From positions 128,001 through 192,000 of the forward strand of contig NZ_JAQNDL010000004.1 of the NCBI RefSeq assembly GCF_028368995.1: DNA of 64,000 nt, read 5' to 3'. Source of the DNA: Nannocystis bainbridge. GTDB taxonomy: Bacteria; Myxococcota_A; Polyangia; Nannocystales; Nannocystaceae. The notes below the pieces were generated by a model that made no database searches, was not told the origin of the DNA, and saw only the letters and a program-made list of their open reading frames with translations. Shown in pieces: positions 47,357 through 57,749 of the stretch. Every line of letters begins with the position of its first letter. Position 1 is the stretch's first letter. The position numbers and the translations under genes were made by a program.

Positions 47357-49453
47357 TCAGCCGGGCTGGATCGAGCAATAGCCGGCGATGCAGGTGCCCT
47401 CGCCCTCGCAGCAGGCGGCGTCGACCTCGCAGGAGTCGCCGATGTGCGAGCAGGTGTCGGGCTTGTCGGAGCAGACGGCGGGCTCGCCGTAGCAGAAGCC
47501 GTCGCAGCAGTCGAAGCCGGCGTTGCAGCCCTCGCCGAGCTGCTTGCACGGGGACAGGGCCCACTCGCCGCGCATGTTCTGGTTGTTGAGCTCCTGGCCG
47601 GGGAGCCAGAAGGCCGGGTGGCTCGGGTCGGTGCCGGGGGTGATGTTGCCGTCGATGGCGGTCACCCACAGCTGCTTGGTCCGCGTGGCGGGGTTGGTGT
47701 CGGTGAGCGTGTTGCCGTACTTGCGCTCGGAGCCGATGATGAGCCACGAGTAACCGCCGACCGAGACGGGCAGGAAGGTCGGCTCGTAGGTGGTCTGGTC
47801 CTGGCCGGGCTCGACGATGCCGAGGCCGTTGGCCTTGTCGAGGCGCACGACCGCGGCGCCGTCGAGGCTGGTCAGCCAGACCTCGGTGATCGCGGCGCGG
47901 GTGCGGGCCTGGTTGAGGCGGTTGAACGCGATCCACTGCGAGTCCGGCGAGAAGGTCGGGAACGTGGTGGTCGTGAGCCCGGGGATCTTGTCGACGATCT
48001 GGTGGGCGTTGGCGAACGAGTTGGTCATCAGGTCGATGTCGACCAGCCACAGCTCGCTGTTGTTGAAGTCGAGCCAGTTGCCGTCGGTCTTGCGGGCGAA
48101 CGCCAGCTTGGTGCCGTCGCTCGACCACACCGGGTGCTGCGGCTTGCCGCCGGGGACGGTGAGCTGCGCGAGCGTGACGGCGCTGTCGAAGGTGGTCAGC
48201 TTGAGCGCGCCGCTCTCGTCGGACTGACCCCACACCACGTGCGAGCCGTTGGGCGCGATGGCCTGGAAGCCCGAGGCGATGTCGGGGTAGTAGAGGACGC
48301 TGCCGGAGGCGGCGTCGATGGTGCTCCACGGGCTGTAGCCGCCGTGGAAGCTGGCGGCGATGCGCGAGCCGTCCTTGGACACGCTGTGACAGGCGACGCA
48401 CTCGACGCCGGGCGGCTTCTGCACGAACGGCTCGGGCGCGGTGGCGCCGATGTTGAGGCGCACGACGTTGCCGTTGTTGACCTCCCAGTAATAGACGGTG
48501 CCGGTCAGGTTGGCCGGGGCGATCGTCCAGGTCTGGGTCTTGGCGAGGTAGGCCTTTTGCCCGTCGAAGCGGGCGATGTCGACCTTGACGTCACCCTCGG
48601 TCGAGGCGGTCAGCTTGAGCCAGACGTCGGTCGGCAGCTTGGGGAAATCGAAGCGCGAGGGCGGCGGGACGTTGTGATAGCCCTTGTACTCGAAGAACTC
48701 GCTGTAGGCGTGGACGTAATAGAGGTCGTTGGCGCCGCCGCCGTCCCATTGAATGGTGGGACCGATGAGGCCGCGCGGGAACACGGTCTTGTCGTACGGG
48801 TAGAGCAGGACCATCGCCGGATCGGGGTCGACGGCCATGCCGAACAGATCCTTGGTCTCGGGCGGGACGGGGACCGGCTCGGCGTTGAAGATCAGCTTGA
48901 CGGTGGCGTTGGTGGTGGCCGCAGGCAGCGGGCCGGCGCCCTCGAAGGTGACGGTGCCGACGCCGCCGGCGAAGCCGGTCGCGCTGAAGCTGCCCGAGAG
49001 GCCGCCGATGCCGGCGAGGTCGAGCTTGTCGTACGACCAGGTGCCGTCGACGGGGATCTTGATGCCCTTGTCGGTGATGCCGACGGCGGTGTACTGCGTC
49101 GGCGCCGGGATGACGCCGTCGATCACGGTGACGGTGGCGTCGAGCGGATCGATCTCGATCGAGACGACCATGCCCGGGTCCTCGCCGGTGGTCGCGGTGG
49201 TGGCAGGATCGACGGTGGTGCCCTCGGAGGTGCCGGTGACCGGACCGGTCGGGTCGCCCGCCGTGCCGCTGCCGCTCGCCTCGGTGGTCGTCGGGGCAGC
49301 GGTGTCGGTGGAGTCGCTGCCGTTGCCGGTGTTGCCGGCGGTCAGCGTGGTGGAGGCGGAGATGACGGAGCTGTCGCTGTCGGCCGGTCGATCGGGGTCG
49401 CCACAGGCGAGCAGGCCGACGACCGGGAGGAGCGCCACAAAATTCCAACGCAT
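47357..49453 (-). CDS. lipoprotein with TolB-like beta-propeller and a C-terminal Cys-rich module
   Basis: Lipobox GLLACG, Ser/Thr/Gly linker, WD-like repeats (VWSSDGTKLAFAR, FSPDSQWIAFNR), and C-terminus CKQLGEGCNAGFDCCDGFCY...CEVDAACCEGEGTCIAGYC. Confidence 0.65.
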   Translation of the reverse strand: MRWNFVALLPVVGLLACGDPDRPADSDSSVISASTTLTAGNTGNGSDSTDTAAPTTTEASGSGTAGDPTGPVTGTSEGTTVDPATTATTGEDPGMVVSIEIDPLDATVTVIDGVIPAPTQYTAVGITDKGIKIPVDGTWSYDKLDLAGIGGLSGSFSATGFAGGVGTVTFEGAGPLPAATTNATVKLIFNAEPVPVPPETKDLFGMAVDPDPAMVLLYPYDKTVFPRGLIGPTIQWDGGGANDLYYVHAYSEFFEYKGYHNVPPPSRFDFPKLPTDVWLKLTASTEGDVKVDIARFDGQKAYLAKTQTWTIAPANLTGTVYYWEVNNGNVVRLNIGATAPEPFVQKPPGVECVACHSVSKDGSRIAASFHGGYSPWSTIDAASGSVLYYPDIASGFQAIAPNGSHVVWGQSDESGALKLTTFDSAVTLAQLTVPGGKPQHPVWSSDGTKLAFARKTDGNWLDFNNSELWLVDIDLMTNSFANAHQIVDKIPGLTTTTFPTFSPDSQWIAFNRLNQARTRAAITEVWLTSLDGAAVVRLDKANGLGIVEPGQDQTTYEPTFLPVSVGGYSWLIIGSERKYGNTLTDTNPATRTKQLWVTAIDGNITPGTDPSHPAFWLPGQELNNQNMRGEWALSPCKQLGEGCNAGFDCCDGFCYGEPAVCSDKPDTCSHIGDSCEVDAACCEGEGTCIAGYCSIQPG

Positions 49454-49566
49454 GGCCGCGATTACAGCGAAGTTCGCCGGTCGCGACTAGACGGAAATCC
49501 CTGGTGCGACGCGAGCCCACGCCAGGCCCGGCGGCCGGCGCCGTCTGCAGGCGCGCACGCGGCTGC

Positions 49567-50436
49567 TCAGGACTTCAGCGGCTCACGCGGGGCGACGATG
49601 TCGCGCGCGAGGCCGACGCGCGCGAGGCCGCGGATCATGAGGTAGGTGAGGTCGAGCTCGAACCACCGCCGACCGTGGGCCGCGGCGCGCTGATGGGCGT
49701 GGTGGTTGTTGTGCCAGCCCTCGCCGAAGGTCAGCAGGGCGACCCACCAGTTGTTGCGCGAGTCGTCGCGGGTCTCGTAGTTGCGGTAGCCCCAGCGGTG
49801 GGCGGCGGAGTTGACGAGCCACGTCGCGTGATACGTGAAAACGAGGCGCACCGGGACGCCCCACACCAGCCAGCTCAAGCCCTGGCCGGCCCACGCCTCG
49901 CCGACGACGTAGAGCAGGGCGGCGAGCACGAACTGCGGGATGTAGTGCCAGCGGTCGAACCACCGCATCACGGGGTCGCGCAGGAGGTCGCGGGCGAACG
50001 CGCGCTCGGTGTCCTCGTCGGCGCGCATGAAGACCCACAGCATGTGGGACCAGAGCAGGCCGCGACGCGGCGAGTGCGGGTCGTGCTCCTGATCGGACCA
50101 GCGGTGATGGAGGCGATGCTTGCCGACCCACAGCACCGGGCTGCCCTGCCAGCTGAGGGTGCCGAGCAGGACGATGACGTACGACAAGAGCCGCGGGACC
50201 GCGAAGCTGCGGTGACACAGCAGGCGGTGATACCCGAGGCAGATGCCGACGCCGCCGGCGAGCCACCACAGCGCGAGGGCGACGCCGAAGCCGCTCCACG
50301 AGAAGGTGAAGGGGGCGGCGACGCAGGCCAGGTGCATCAGCCCGGCGCCGATCACGTGACTCCACATCAGGCCGCCGACCTCGGGCGTGCGGGTGACCGG
50401 CGGGGCGCTGTCTTCGAAATCGATGGCCGTGGACAA
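49567..50436 (-). CDS. acyl-CoA/acyl-lipid (delta-9-type) fatty-acid desaturase
   Basis: Three His boxes: HRLLCH, HHRWSDQEHDPHSP, HNNHHA. Confidence 0.85.
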   Translation of the reverse strand: MSTAIDFEDSAPPVTRTPEVGGLMWSHVIGAGLMHLACVAAPFTFSWSGFGVALALWWLAGGVGICLGYHRLLCHRSFAVPRLLSYVIVLLGTLSWQGSPVLWVGKHRLHHRWSDQEHDPHSPRRGLLWSHMLWVFMRADEDTERAFARDLLRDPVMRWFDRWHYIPQFVLAALLYVVGEAWAGQGLSWLVWGVPVRLVFTYHATWLVNSAAHRWGYRNYETRDDSRNNWWVALLTFGEGWHNNHHAHQRAAAHGRRWFELDLTYLMIRGLARVGLARDIVAPREPLKS

Positions 50437-50622
50437 GACCTGAGCAGGCTACCAGCGAGGCGCGCAGGTCCAGAGACGGGGTCCCCGGCGAGGGTGCGCG
50501 TCGACGCACGTCGGCGCCCCCGCCCCGGCGCGCCGGCTCGGGCGCGCCGGCGATGAGGGACCTCCGCCGCGGCCGACGCCTCGCGCGCCCGATGCCCGCG
50601 TCGGCGGGTTATCGTGCCGTTC

Positions 50623-51810
<1,188 letters not shown>

Positions 51811-51814
51811 GCCG

Positions 51815-52459
51815 ATGACGGAGGACGCGAAGCGACGGGCGGCCCGGGCGGCGCTGGCGTACGTGACGCCGGGGGCCGTGATCGGCGTGGGCACCGGCTC
51901 GACCGTGGCCCAATTCATCGCCGAGTTAGGGCCGTCGCAGGTCGCCGGCGCGGTCGCCAGTTCGGAGCAGACCGCGGCGCGCCTGCGGGCCCGCGGGATC
52001 GCGGTGCTCGACCTCAACGAGACCGGGCCGCTGCCGCTCTACGTCGACGGCGCCGACGCCTGCGACCCGCAGCGGCGCCTGGTCAAGGGCGGCGGGGCGG
52101 CGCTGACGCGCGAGAAGATCGTCGCGGCGGCCAGCGAGCGGTTCGTCTGCATCATCGACCCCGGCAAGCGGGTCGACCGGCTCGGCGGGGCGCCGCTGCC
52201 GATCGAGGTGGTGCCGATGGCGCGCGAGCTGGTGGCGCGCACGATCGCCAGCATGACCGGGGGCACGCCCGTGTGGCGCGCGGGCGTGACCACCGACAAC
52301 GGCGGGTGGATCCTCGACGTCCACGGGCTGGCGATCGGCGAGCCCGAGGCGCTCGAGGCGGCGCTCGACCAGATCGCCGGGGTCGTCAGCGTCGGGCTGT
52401 TCGCCCGCCGGCCGGCCGACGTGGTCATCGTCGGCGACGACCCGCCGTGGTCGTGGTGA
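51815..52459 (+). CDS. rpiA: ribose-5-phosphate isomerase A
   Basis: GVGTGSTV phosphate loop and [16 protein letters not shown] catalytic blocks. Confidence 0.9.
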   Translation: MTEDAKRRAARAALAYVTPGAVIGVGTGSTVAQFIAELGPSQVAGAVASSEQTAARLRARGIAVLDLNETGPLPLYVDGADACDPQRRLVKGGGAALTREKIVAAASERFVCIIDPGKRVDRLGGAPLPIEVVPMARELVARTIASMTGGTPVWRAGVTTDNGGWILDVHGLAIGEPEALEAALDQIAGVVSVGLFARRPADVVIVGDDPPWSW

Positions 52460-52464
52460 GGCGG

Positions 52465-52541
52465 CTGTCCGTTCGGGCATGCGCGAACAGACAGGTCCTC
52501 CGGGACATGCCCCATGCGGCATGTCCCCGGGGGCATGTCAG
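52465..52541. repeat. GGGCATGC/GGACATGCCC/GGCATGTCC tandem array between convergent genes
   Basis: ctgtccgttcgggcatgcgcgaacagacaggtcctccgggacatgccccatgcggcatgtccccgggggcatgtcag. Confidence 0.85.
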
Positions 52542-53491
52542 TCGGGGTTGGCCTTGCGCCAGCGCTCGTACTCCTTGAGGTCGACGTCGCAGACCTTGGC
52601 GTACTCGCCGGTGACCTGCTTGCGCTCGTAGGCGCGGTCGCTGTCGGCGCGGTTCTGGCCCTCGCGCAGGGCCTCGAGGGCCTCGAGCACGTTGCGGAAG
52701 TAGATCCACCGCTTGGGCTGCTCGGCGGTCGGCGGCGGGGTGCCGTTGCAGTAGCGGCCCAGCCAGGCGTGGGCCTCTTCGACCTTGCCCTGCTCGCGCA
52801 GGGCGGTGGGCATGGCGGGCAGGCAGCTCTGCATCATCAGCGTGACGCGGTCGGGGCCGCGGGCCTGCTCGGCGAGGCAGCGCTCGCTGAAGCGGGCGTG
52901 GTCGCCGGCGAGGAAGGCGTCGCGCACGTAGGTGTCGCGCTCGAACTCGGAGCGCGACGGCTGGGCGCGGTCGCAGGCGTACATGTCGACGAAGACCTTC
53001 TTGGCGCCCTCGGGGCACGGGACCTCGTACAGGTCGATGACGTGGCCGTCCTTGTTGGGGCCGACGTTGCCGCGGCGGGCCTTCATGCCGCTGGGGATGT
53101 CGCCGTCGAACGGGCGGGTGCCGTCCTCGCACTCGCTGTCGGCGACGGCCACGTAGGAGCCGGTGGTGCCGCAGGCGGCGATCGGGCGGTCCTTGGACGA
53201 GCCCGGCGGGCCGGCCGGCGCGGTGGTTTCGGGGGCGCGCACGTCGCCGATCCGCGGGCGATCGCCGGCGCGGGCGTCGTGGCCGGGCCGCGGACCGCCG
53301 GGGTTGGCGAAGGCGCCGGAGGAGGAGGTCTTGAGGTCGAACGGCGAGGCGCCGGCATCGGAGCCGGGGCCGGCGATCGGGGTGCCAAAGGCGCCTGACT
53401 CGGTCGCTGCGGGGACCCTGGGCCGGCCCGACGTGGTGGTCTTGCAGGCGAACAGGCCGGCGAGGGCGAGGAGCAGGAGCGGACGGCGCAT
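52538..53491 (-). CDS. hypothetical lipoprotein (LFAC lipobox)
   Basis: MRRPLLLLALAGLFAC at ATG 53489-53491; the upstream part of the 492-aa track ORF is Arg-rich artefact. Confidence 0.55.
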   Translation of the reverse strand: MRRPLLLLALAGLFACKTTTSGRPRVPAATESGAFGTPIAGPGSDAGASPFDLKTSSSGAFANPGGPRPGHDARAGDRPRIGDVRAPETTAPAGPPGSSKDRPIAACGTTGSYVAVADSECEDGTRPFDGDIPSGMKARRGNVGPNKDGHVIDLYEVPCPEGAKKVFVDMYACDRAQPSRSEFERDTYVRDAFLAGDHARFSERCLAEQARGPDRVTLMMQSCLPAMPTALREQGKVEEAHAWLGRYCNGTPPPTAEQPKRWIYFRNVLEALEALREGQNRADSDRAYERKQVTGEYAKVCDVDLKEYERWRKANPD

Positions 53492-53607
53492 GCGCGAGGC
53501 GAACGTATCACGGGGCCGGGCGGTTGGTCGTGATGCGCTTCGAGGTCGGGGACGCGGTCCCGCGGCCGGGCAGGCGCTCGGCGAGGCGGTCGCGCCCGGC
53601 GGCCGGC

Positions 53608-53988
53608 TCAATGGGGGTGCTGCGGCAGGTCGTCGGCGATGTCGTAGTAATCGCCCTTGTCGGCGACATGGATGTGCATGGCGAGCCGGACGTGGGTGGG
53701 GGCATCGAAGGCGCCCATGGCGACGGCGATGGTGCCCTTGCCGATGGGGTCCCAAAACAGCCACGAGCCGCAGGTCGAGCAGAAGCCGCGGCGCACCTTG
53801 GCGGAGGCGTGGAACCATGTGAGGCGGTCGTCGCCGGCGATCGTCAGGGCGGCGCGCGCGACGTCGGTCGAGGCCCAGTAATGGCCCGACTGCTTGCGAC
53901 ACTGCGAGCAATGACAGGCGTTCGGCGGGGGCAAGGGGCCGGTGACCTCGAAGGTGACGGCGCCGCACAGACAAGAACCCTTCGGCAT
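53608..53988 (-). CDS. GFA (glutathione-dependent formaldehyde-activating/CENP-V) family Cys-rich protein
   Basis: CLCGAV...CHCSQCRK...CSTCGS zinc-binding pattern. Confidence 0.8.
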   Translation of the reverse strand: MPKGSCLCGAVTFEVTGPLPPPNACHCSQCRKQSGHYWASTDVARAALTIAGDDRLTWFHASAKVRRGFCSTCGSWLFWDPIGKGTIAVAMGAFDAPTHVRLAMHIHVADKGDYYDIADDLPQHPH

Positions 53989-54006
53989 GGCGAATCCTCG
54001 CGGGCG

Positions 54007-54031
54007 ACGCTAACACGGGGGGCGTGTTAGC
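54007..54031. promoter_or_regulatory. perfect 10-bp inverted repeat cgctaacacg-N5-cgtgttagcg, 12 nt upstream of the GFA-gene SD
   Basis: Seen directly; could be an operator for a dimeric regulator or a stem-loop. No T-tract follows. Confidence 0.3.
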
Positions 54032-54143
54032 GAAGCGGTGGACCGCCGTCGGCAGAGCGGTCGAGATCCGTCACGACGCGAGGATAAGGATCTCGGCCGG
54101 GTGTCCGTGACACGCCGCGCGCGAGGTTCGCCTGGCCTCGACC

Positions 54144-54572
54144 TCAGCCTCGTTCGACGCGCGCGCAGGCGGGCGCGTGGTCCAGCTTGCAACCCTTGTG
54201 GAAGCTGACCTTCGCCGCCTTGTCGTCCCGCCCGGTGCCGCGTCCCTCGGCCTGCATCACGCCCAGGTTGAAGCAGCCCTGGCCCACGCCGGCGCCGCAG
54301 GCCTTCTTGTAGAGCGCCACGGCGCGCTCGACGTCGTGCTCGACGCCGAGGCCGCGCTCGACGGCCCACCCGAGGTTCAGGCAGCGGCTCCCGAAGTTCG
54401 GGCCGCCCTTGTCGCAGACGTCGCGCAACCTCACCACCGTGCGCGACAGCTCGTCGCAGCCATCTTCGTCCGCGAGCACGCACGCTTTGTAGAACAGCTC
54501 GATCGCGTTCGCCTCGTTGACGCCGGGCTGTCGGCCATCGAGCCAGCTGCGCCCGAGGTTGAGGCAGCCCAC
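54144..54572 (-). CDS. Sel1-repeat (HcpA-like) protein, no signal peptide, possibly 5'-truncated
   Basis: Three to four Sel1 units with the A-C-x-x-G-x-x-x-G-C-x-N-L-G pattern (KACVLADEDGC, SRCLNLGWAVERGLGV, KKACGAGVGQGCFNLG). GTG start. Confidence 0.6.
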   Translation of the reverse strand: MGCLNLGRSWLDGRQPGVNEANAIELFYKACVLADEDGCDELSRTVVRLRDVCDKGGPNFGSRCLNLGWAVERGLGVEHDVERAVALYKKACGAGVGQGCFNLGVMQAEGRGTGRDDKAAKVSFHKGCKLDHAPACARVERG

Positions 54573-55113
54573 GGATGCGAGACGCTCATGGAGCGCGCGC
54601 CAGCGCTTGTGACAGTGAGGCTCACGCTCGCGCTCTCATCGGCCGGGCTGGGTGTGGTGCCAGTACGACTCCATGATCTCCGCATGCCGGGGCTGGTCGA
54701 GGCGCCGGTCAGCGAAACACCTGGCTCTTCGGACAGGTGTAGGACGAGCCAGCGCGGGCCGCGAGCCGGCAGGTTCGGCGCCGGACCAAGCCGCGGGTAC
54801 CAGCGATCTCCGTCGGGCGAGCACGAGATCGACGCCGGTTTCGACGGCCCGGAGGGAGAACACCTGCCCGATTCGCGGACACCCCGGACAGGCGGTCGAG
54901 GAGGTTCGCGGCCGCCATTTCGTCCGATCGTCGGCCGATCCGCGCCGCCGCGGGCAGCCGAGGGCGCAGGCACGTGTCCGCGGACCGGGGCCCAGGAGAC
55001 GCCGGGTGCGGGCGCAGCCCTGTCCCTTATCCGGCGAGCGCACTCGGTCCCGCGGCGCGGGCAGGCTGGCGGGTCTGGCCAGGCGGTCTTCGTTTCTTTA
55101 GTGTCCGCGCCGC

Positions 55114-55743
55114 GTGACCCCCCGCATTCCATTCCTTTCATGCATCGCTCTGGCCGCGTGCCTGGGCCTCGCCTGCGCCGACGACAAGGACCCGCTCGAC
55201 TCGGTGACCAACCCGACGGCCGCGAGCGACGCGAGCAACGCGTCGAACGCCTCGAACGCGTCGAACGCGAGCAACGCGTCGAACGCGACCAACGCGAGCA
55301 ACGCGACCGACGACGGCACCGACACCGGTGAGACCAGCGACACCGGCGTCGACGAGACGACCGGGCCGACGTCGGGCGAGCCGACCACCAGCACGACGTC
55401 GGCCGAGACGACGTCGGCCGACACGACCGCGGCCGAGACGACCAGCACGACCGAGCCGCCGCCGACCGACGGGCCCGGGGTGCTGCCCGGCGAGGACGGG
55501 ATGCAGGCGTTCTGCCGCCGCTACAAGGAGTGCGGCGGGACCTACTACGGCGATCAGCAGGAGTGTCTGGACGAGACGTACGGCTACTGGGGCGACTGCC
55601 CGTCGCGCAAGGCGGCGCTCGACGAGTTCGGCGCCTGCATGTCGGAGCTCGACTGCGGCGAGTGGAACCCCGACGCCTACAACCCGAACAGCACGCCGTG
55701 CGCGCGGCAGTGGGCCGGCGTCCAGCAGGCCGAGTCCTGCTGA
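55114..55743 (+). CDS. hypothetical lipoprotein with (ASN/ATN) nonapeptide-encoding tandem repeat and a 6-Cys C-terminal domain
   Basis: Lipobox LGLAC; 55230-55310 is (gcgagcaac gcgtcgaac)n; the C-terminal domain is CRRYKECGG...CLDETYGYWGDC...CMSELDCGEW...C. Confidence 0.6.
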   Translation: MTPRIPFLSCIALAACLGLACADDKDPLDSVTNPTAASDASNASNASNASNASNASNATNASNATDDGTDTGETSDTGVDETTGPTSGEPTTSTTSAETTSADTTAAETTSTTEPPPTDGPGVLPGEDGMQAFCRRYKECGGTYYGDQQECLDETYGYWGDCPSRKAALDEFGACMSELDCGEWNPDAYNPNSTPCARQWAGVQQAESC

Positions 55744-55751
55744 GTTGCTGA

Positions 55752-55808
55752 AGGGACATGTCCCCCGGGACCTGCCCTCAAGGGCATGGCTCCGGGGACA
55801 TGTCCGAT
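55752..55808. repeat. GGGACATGTCCCCCGGGAC / GGGGACATGTCC array overlapping the 3' end of the methyltransferase CDS
   Basis: agggacatgtcccccgggacctgccctcaagggcatggctccggggacatgtccgat. Confidence 0.85.
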
Positions 55809-57052
55809 AGATCCTCTTCGACGCTGAAGTAGCGGAACCCGCCGCCGCCGGTCCAGCCGGCGGCCGCGGTGACGCCGCTCGGATCGCGGCCGTCGACGAC
55901 GGCGCGCAGGCGGGCGGCGACGAGGCCCTCGCAGTGCTCGCCGCGCTCGACGAGGATCCACGGGCGCCGCAGCTTGTGGGCGACGGCGCCGGTGGTGCCC
56001 GAGCCGGCGTAGACGTCGAGGACCCAGTCGCCCGGCCGGGTCGAGAGCTCGAGCACGCGCCGCAGCAGGGCCTCGGGCTTCTTGCCCTTGGGGAAGGCGA
56101 CGCCGCCCTCGGCGTGCAGGTTGTTCGAGAGCAGGTCGTCCCAGATGGTGGTGAGCGGCTCGCCGGCGATCCGCTGGCCGTCGATGAGCTTGAGCTTGGC
56201 GGCGTAGAAGAGGATCCGCTCGCCGCGCACGAAGTAGAAGTCGTCGTGGTCGTCGCGCTCGAGGCGGTGGACGACGTCGGGCTCGGCCTTGCTGCGATCG
56301 ATCATGGCCCGCGCGGCGGCGCTGACGGCGTTGTAGTCGGGCCGCGCGAGGCGGACGACGGCGTCGGCGCGGGCCAGCACGAACTCGTCGAGGCGCGCCG
56401 GCTCGGCCCGCGCCAGCCGCTGGGCGGCGCGCTCGCCCAGGCCGCAGGCGTCGGCGAAGGCGCGCAGCAGGCTGACGAGCCGCCACTCGCGGAAGGGGGC
56501 GGCGCGGTCGACGATGAACTGGGCGTACCGGGGGTCGCGCTCGCGGGCGGTGTAGAGCCGCTGCGGGGCCCAGTGCGCGCGGTCGCGGGCGTAGATCAGG
56601 ACGAAGTTGGAGGTGCTGACGCAGCCGGGGTTGATCGCCTTGTGGCCGGTCGGAGCGCCCTGCTTGAAGGTGACGACGGCGGCCCGGTTGGCGCGGCCGA
56701 AGATGTCGTCGAGCAGGACGATCAGGTAGCCGAGCTCGTTGTCGTCGATGTGCACGAACAGGGTGCCGTCGGCGGCGAGCAGCCGGCGCAGGACCTCGAG
56801 GCGGGCGCGCATGTCGGCGAGCCAGCGCGCGTGCTCGATGCCGTCGTCGTAGTGGGCGAAGGCGCGGCCGGTGTTGTACGGCGGGTCGATGTAGACGCAG
56901 CGGATCCGCCCGGCGAACTCGGGCTCGAGCGCGCGCAAGGCGTCGAGGTTGTCGCCGCGGATCAGGCGGTTGTCGTAGAGGTCACCCGCGACCGCGGGGC
57001 CGGCCGCGCGGTGCGACAGCGCGGGCTGCTCGACCAGGCGGCGCGGGTCCAC
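55778..57052 (-). CDS. beta-class DNA (N6-adenine or N4-cytosine) methyltransferase, orphan
   Basis: Motif IV IDPPYN comes before motif I VYAGSGTTGAVA (beta-class order); no restriction-endonuclease-like neighbour. The last 9 codons (SDMSPEPCP) derive from the repeat array. Confidence 0.8.
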   Translation of the reverse strand: MDPRRLVEQPALSHRAAGPAVAGDLYDNRLIRGDNLDALRALEPEFAGRIRCVYIDPPYNTGRAFAHYDDGIEHARWLADMRARLEVLRRLLAADGTLFVHIDDNELGYLIVLLDDIFGRANRAAVVTFKQGAPTGHKAINPGCVSTSNFVLIYARDRAHWAPQRLYTARERDPRYAQFIVDRAAPFREWRLVSLLRAFADACGLGERAAQRLARAEPARLDEFVLARADAVVRLARPDYNAVSAAARAMIDRSKAEPDVVHRLERDDHDDFYFVRGERILFYAAKLKLIDGQRIAGEPLTTIWDDLLSNNLHAEGGVAFPKGKKPEALLRRVLELSTRPGDWVLDVYAGSGTTGAVAHKLRRPWILVERGEHCEGLVAARLRAVVDGRDPSGVTAAAGWTGGGGFRYFSVEEDLSDMSPEPCP

Positions 57053-57162
57053 CGGGCGACGCTAGCGCCCCGCGGCGGGAATTTTCAAGCCTCTCGCGCT
57101 GGCGCCGCGGCGGGGCGCTCCGCGGGCGTCGGGGCCGGCATGGAGCTGGCCTTGAAGACAGG

Positions 57163-57669
57163 TCAGGGGATGACGACCTGCGCGGTGGCGCCGCGGCAGA
57201 CCGGCTCGCAGCCGGGGCCGTTGGGCTGCGACTCGACGTAGGTCGGGGTGATGTTGCCGGCGTAGACGGCCTCCTCGCCGCGGCGGATGGTCAGCTCGAC
57301 GACCGCGGGGCTGCTCGGGATCAGGACGTCGGCGAAGCCGTGCTGCTCGGGCGGCAGGGCGCAGCCGGACTCGCCGATCTGCACGCGGTCGGCGACGTCG
57401 CAGGTCACCGAGGGGCCGGCGTCGCAGGCCCGCAGCGGCAGCGCGCCCTTGCAGGTGACGGGGACGCCGTCGAGCGCGAAGCCGAACGTGTAGTCGCCCG
57501 CCGGCCAGCCGCTGCTCGGCTCGAGCGAGATCCGCAGGCCGCCGATGCAGCCGATCTCGGTGCACACCTTGCCGCCGCCGCCGGGGTCGGTGGGCTCGAC
57601 CTGACCTTTGGAGCATGCTCCAAGGAACAGGCCGAGGGCGAGCTGGACGGGGGCGCGGAGTCGGAGCAT
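57163..57669 (-). CDS. hypothetical Cys-rich lipoprotein
   Basis: MLRLRAPVQLALGLFLGACS lipobox, then 8 Cys residues in 150 aa. Confidence 0.5.
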   Translation of the reverse strand: MLRLRAPVQLALGLFLGACSKGQVEPTDPGGGGKVCTEIGCIGGLRISLEPSSGWPAGDYTFGFALDGVPVTCKGALPLRACDAGPSVTCDVADRVQIGESGCALPPEQHGFADVLIPSSPAVVELTIRRGEEAVYAGNITPTYVESQPNGPGCEPVCRGATAQVVIP

Positions 57670-57749
57670 GCCCGAGCTTGGCACGGTTCGCGGCGGTGCG
57701 CGCGCGGCGAGGCTTTACAGGCGCGGGGCCGGTCCCGTAGCCTCTCGCG

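Noticed and set aside
54010-54483. 157-aa minus-strand ORF overlapping the Sel1 gene
   Set aside because: It is the off-frame of the Sel1-repeat gene; the Sel1 frame shows the periodic A-C-x-x-G...G-C-x-N-L-G pattern and this frame does not.
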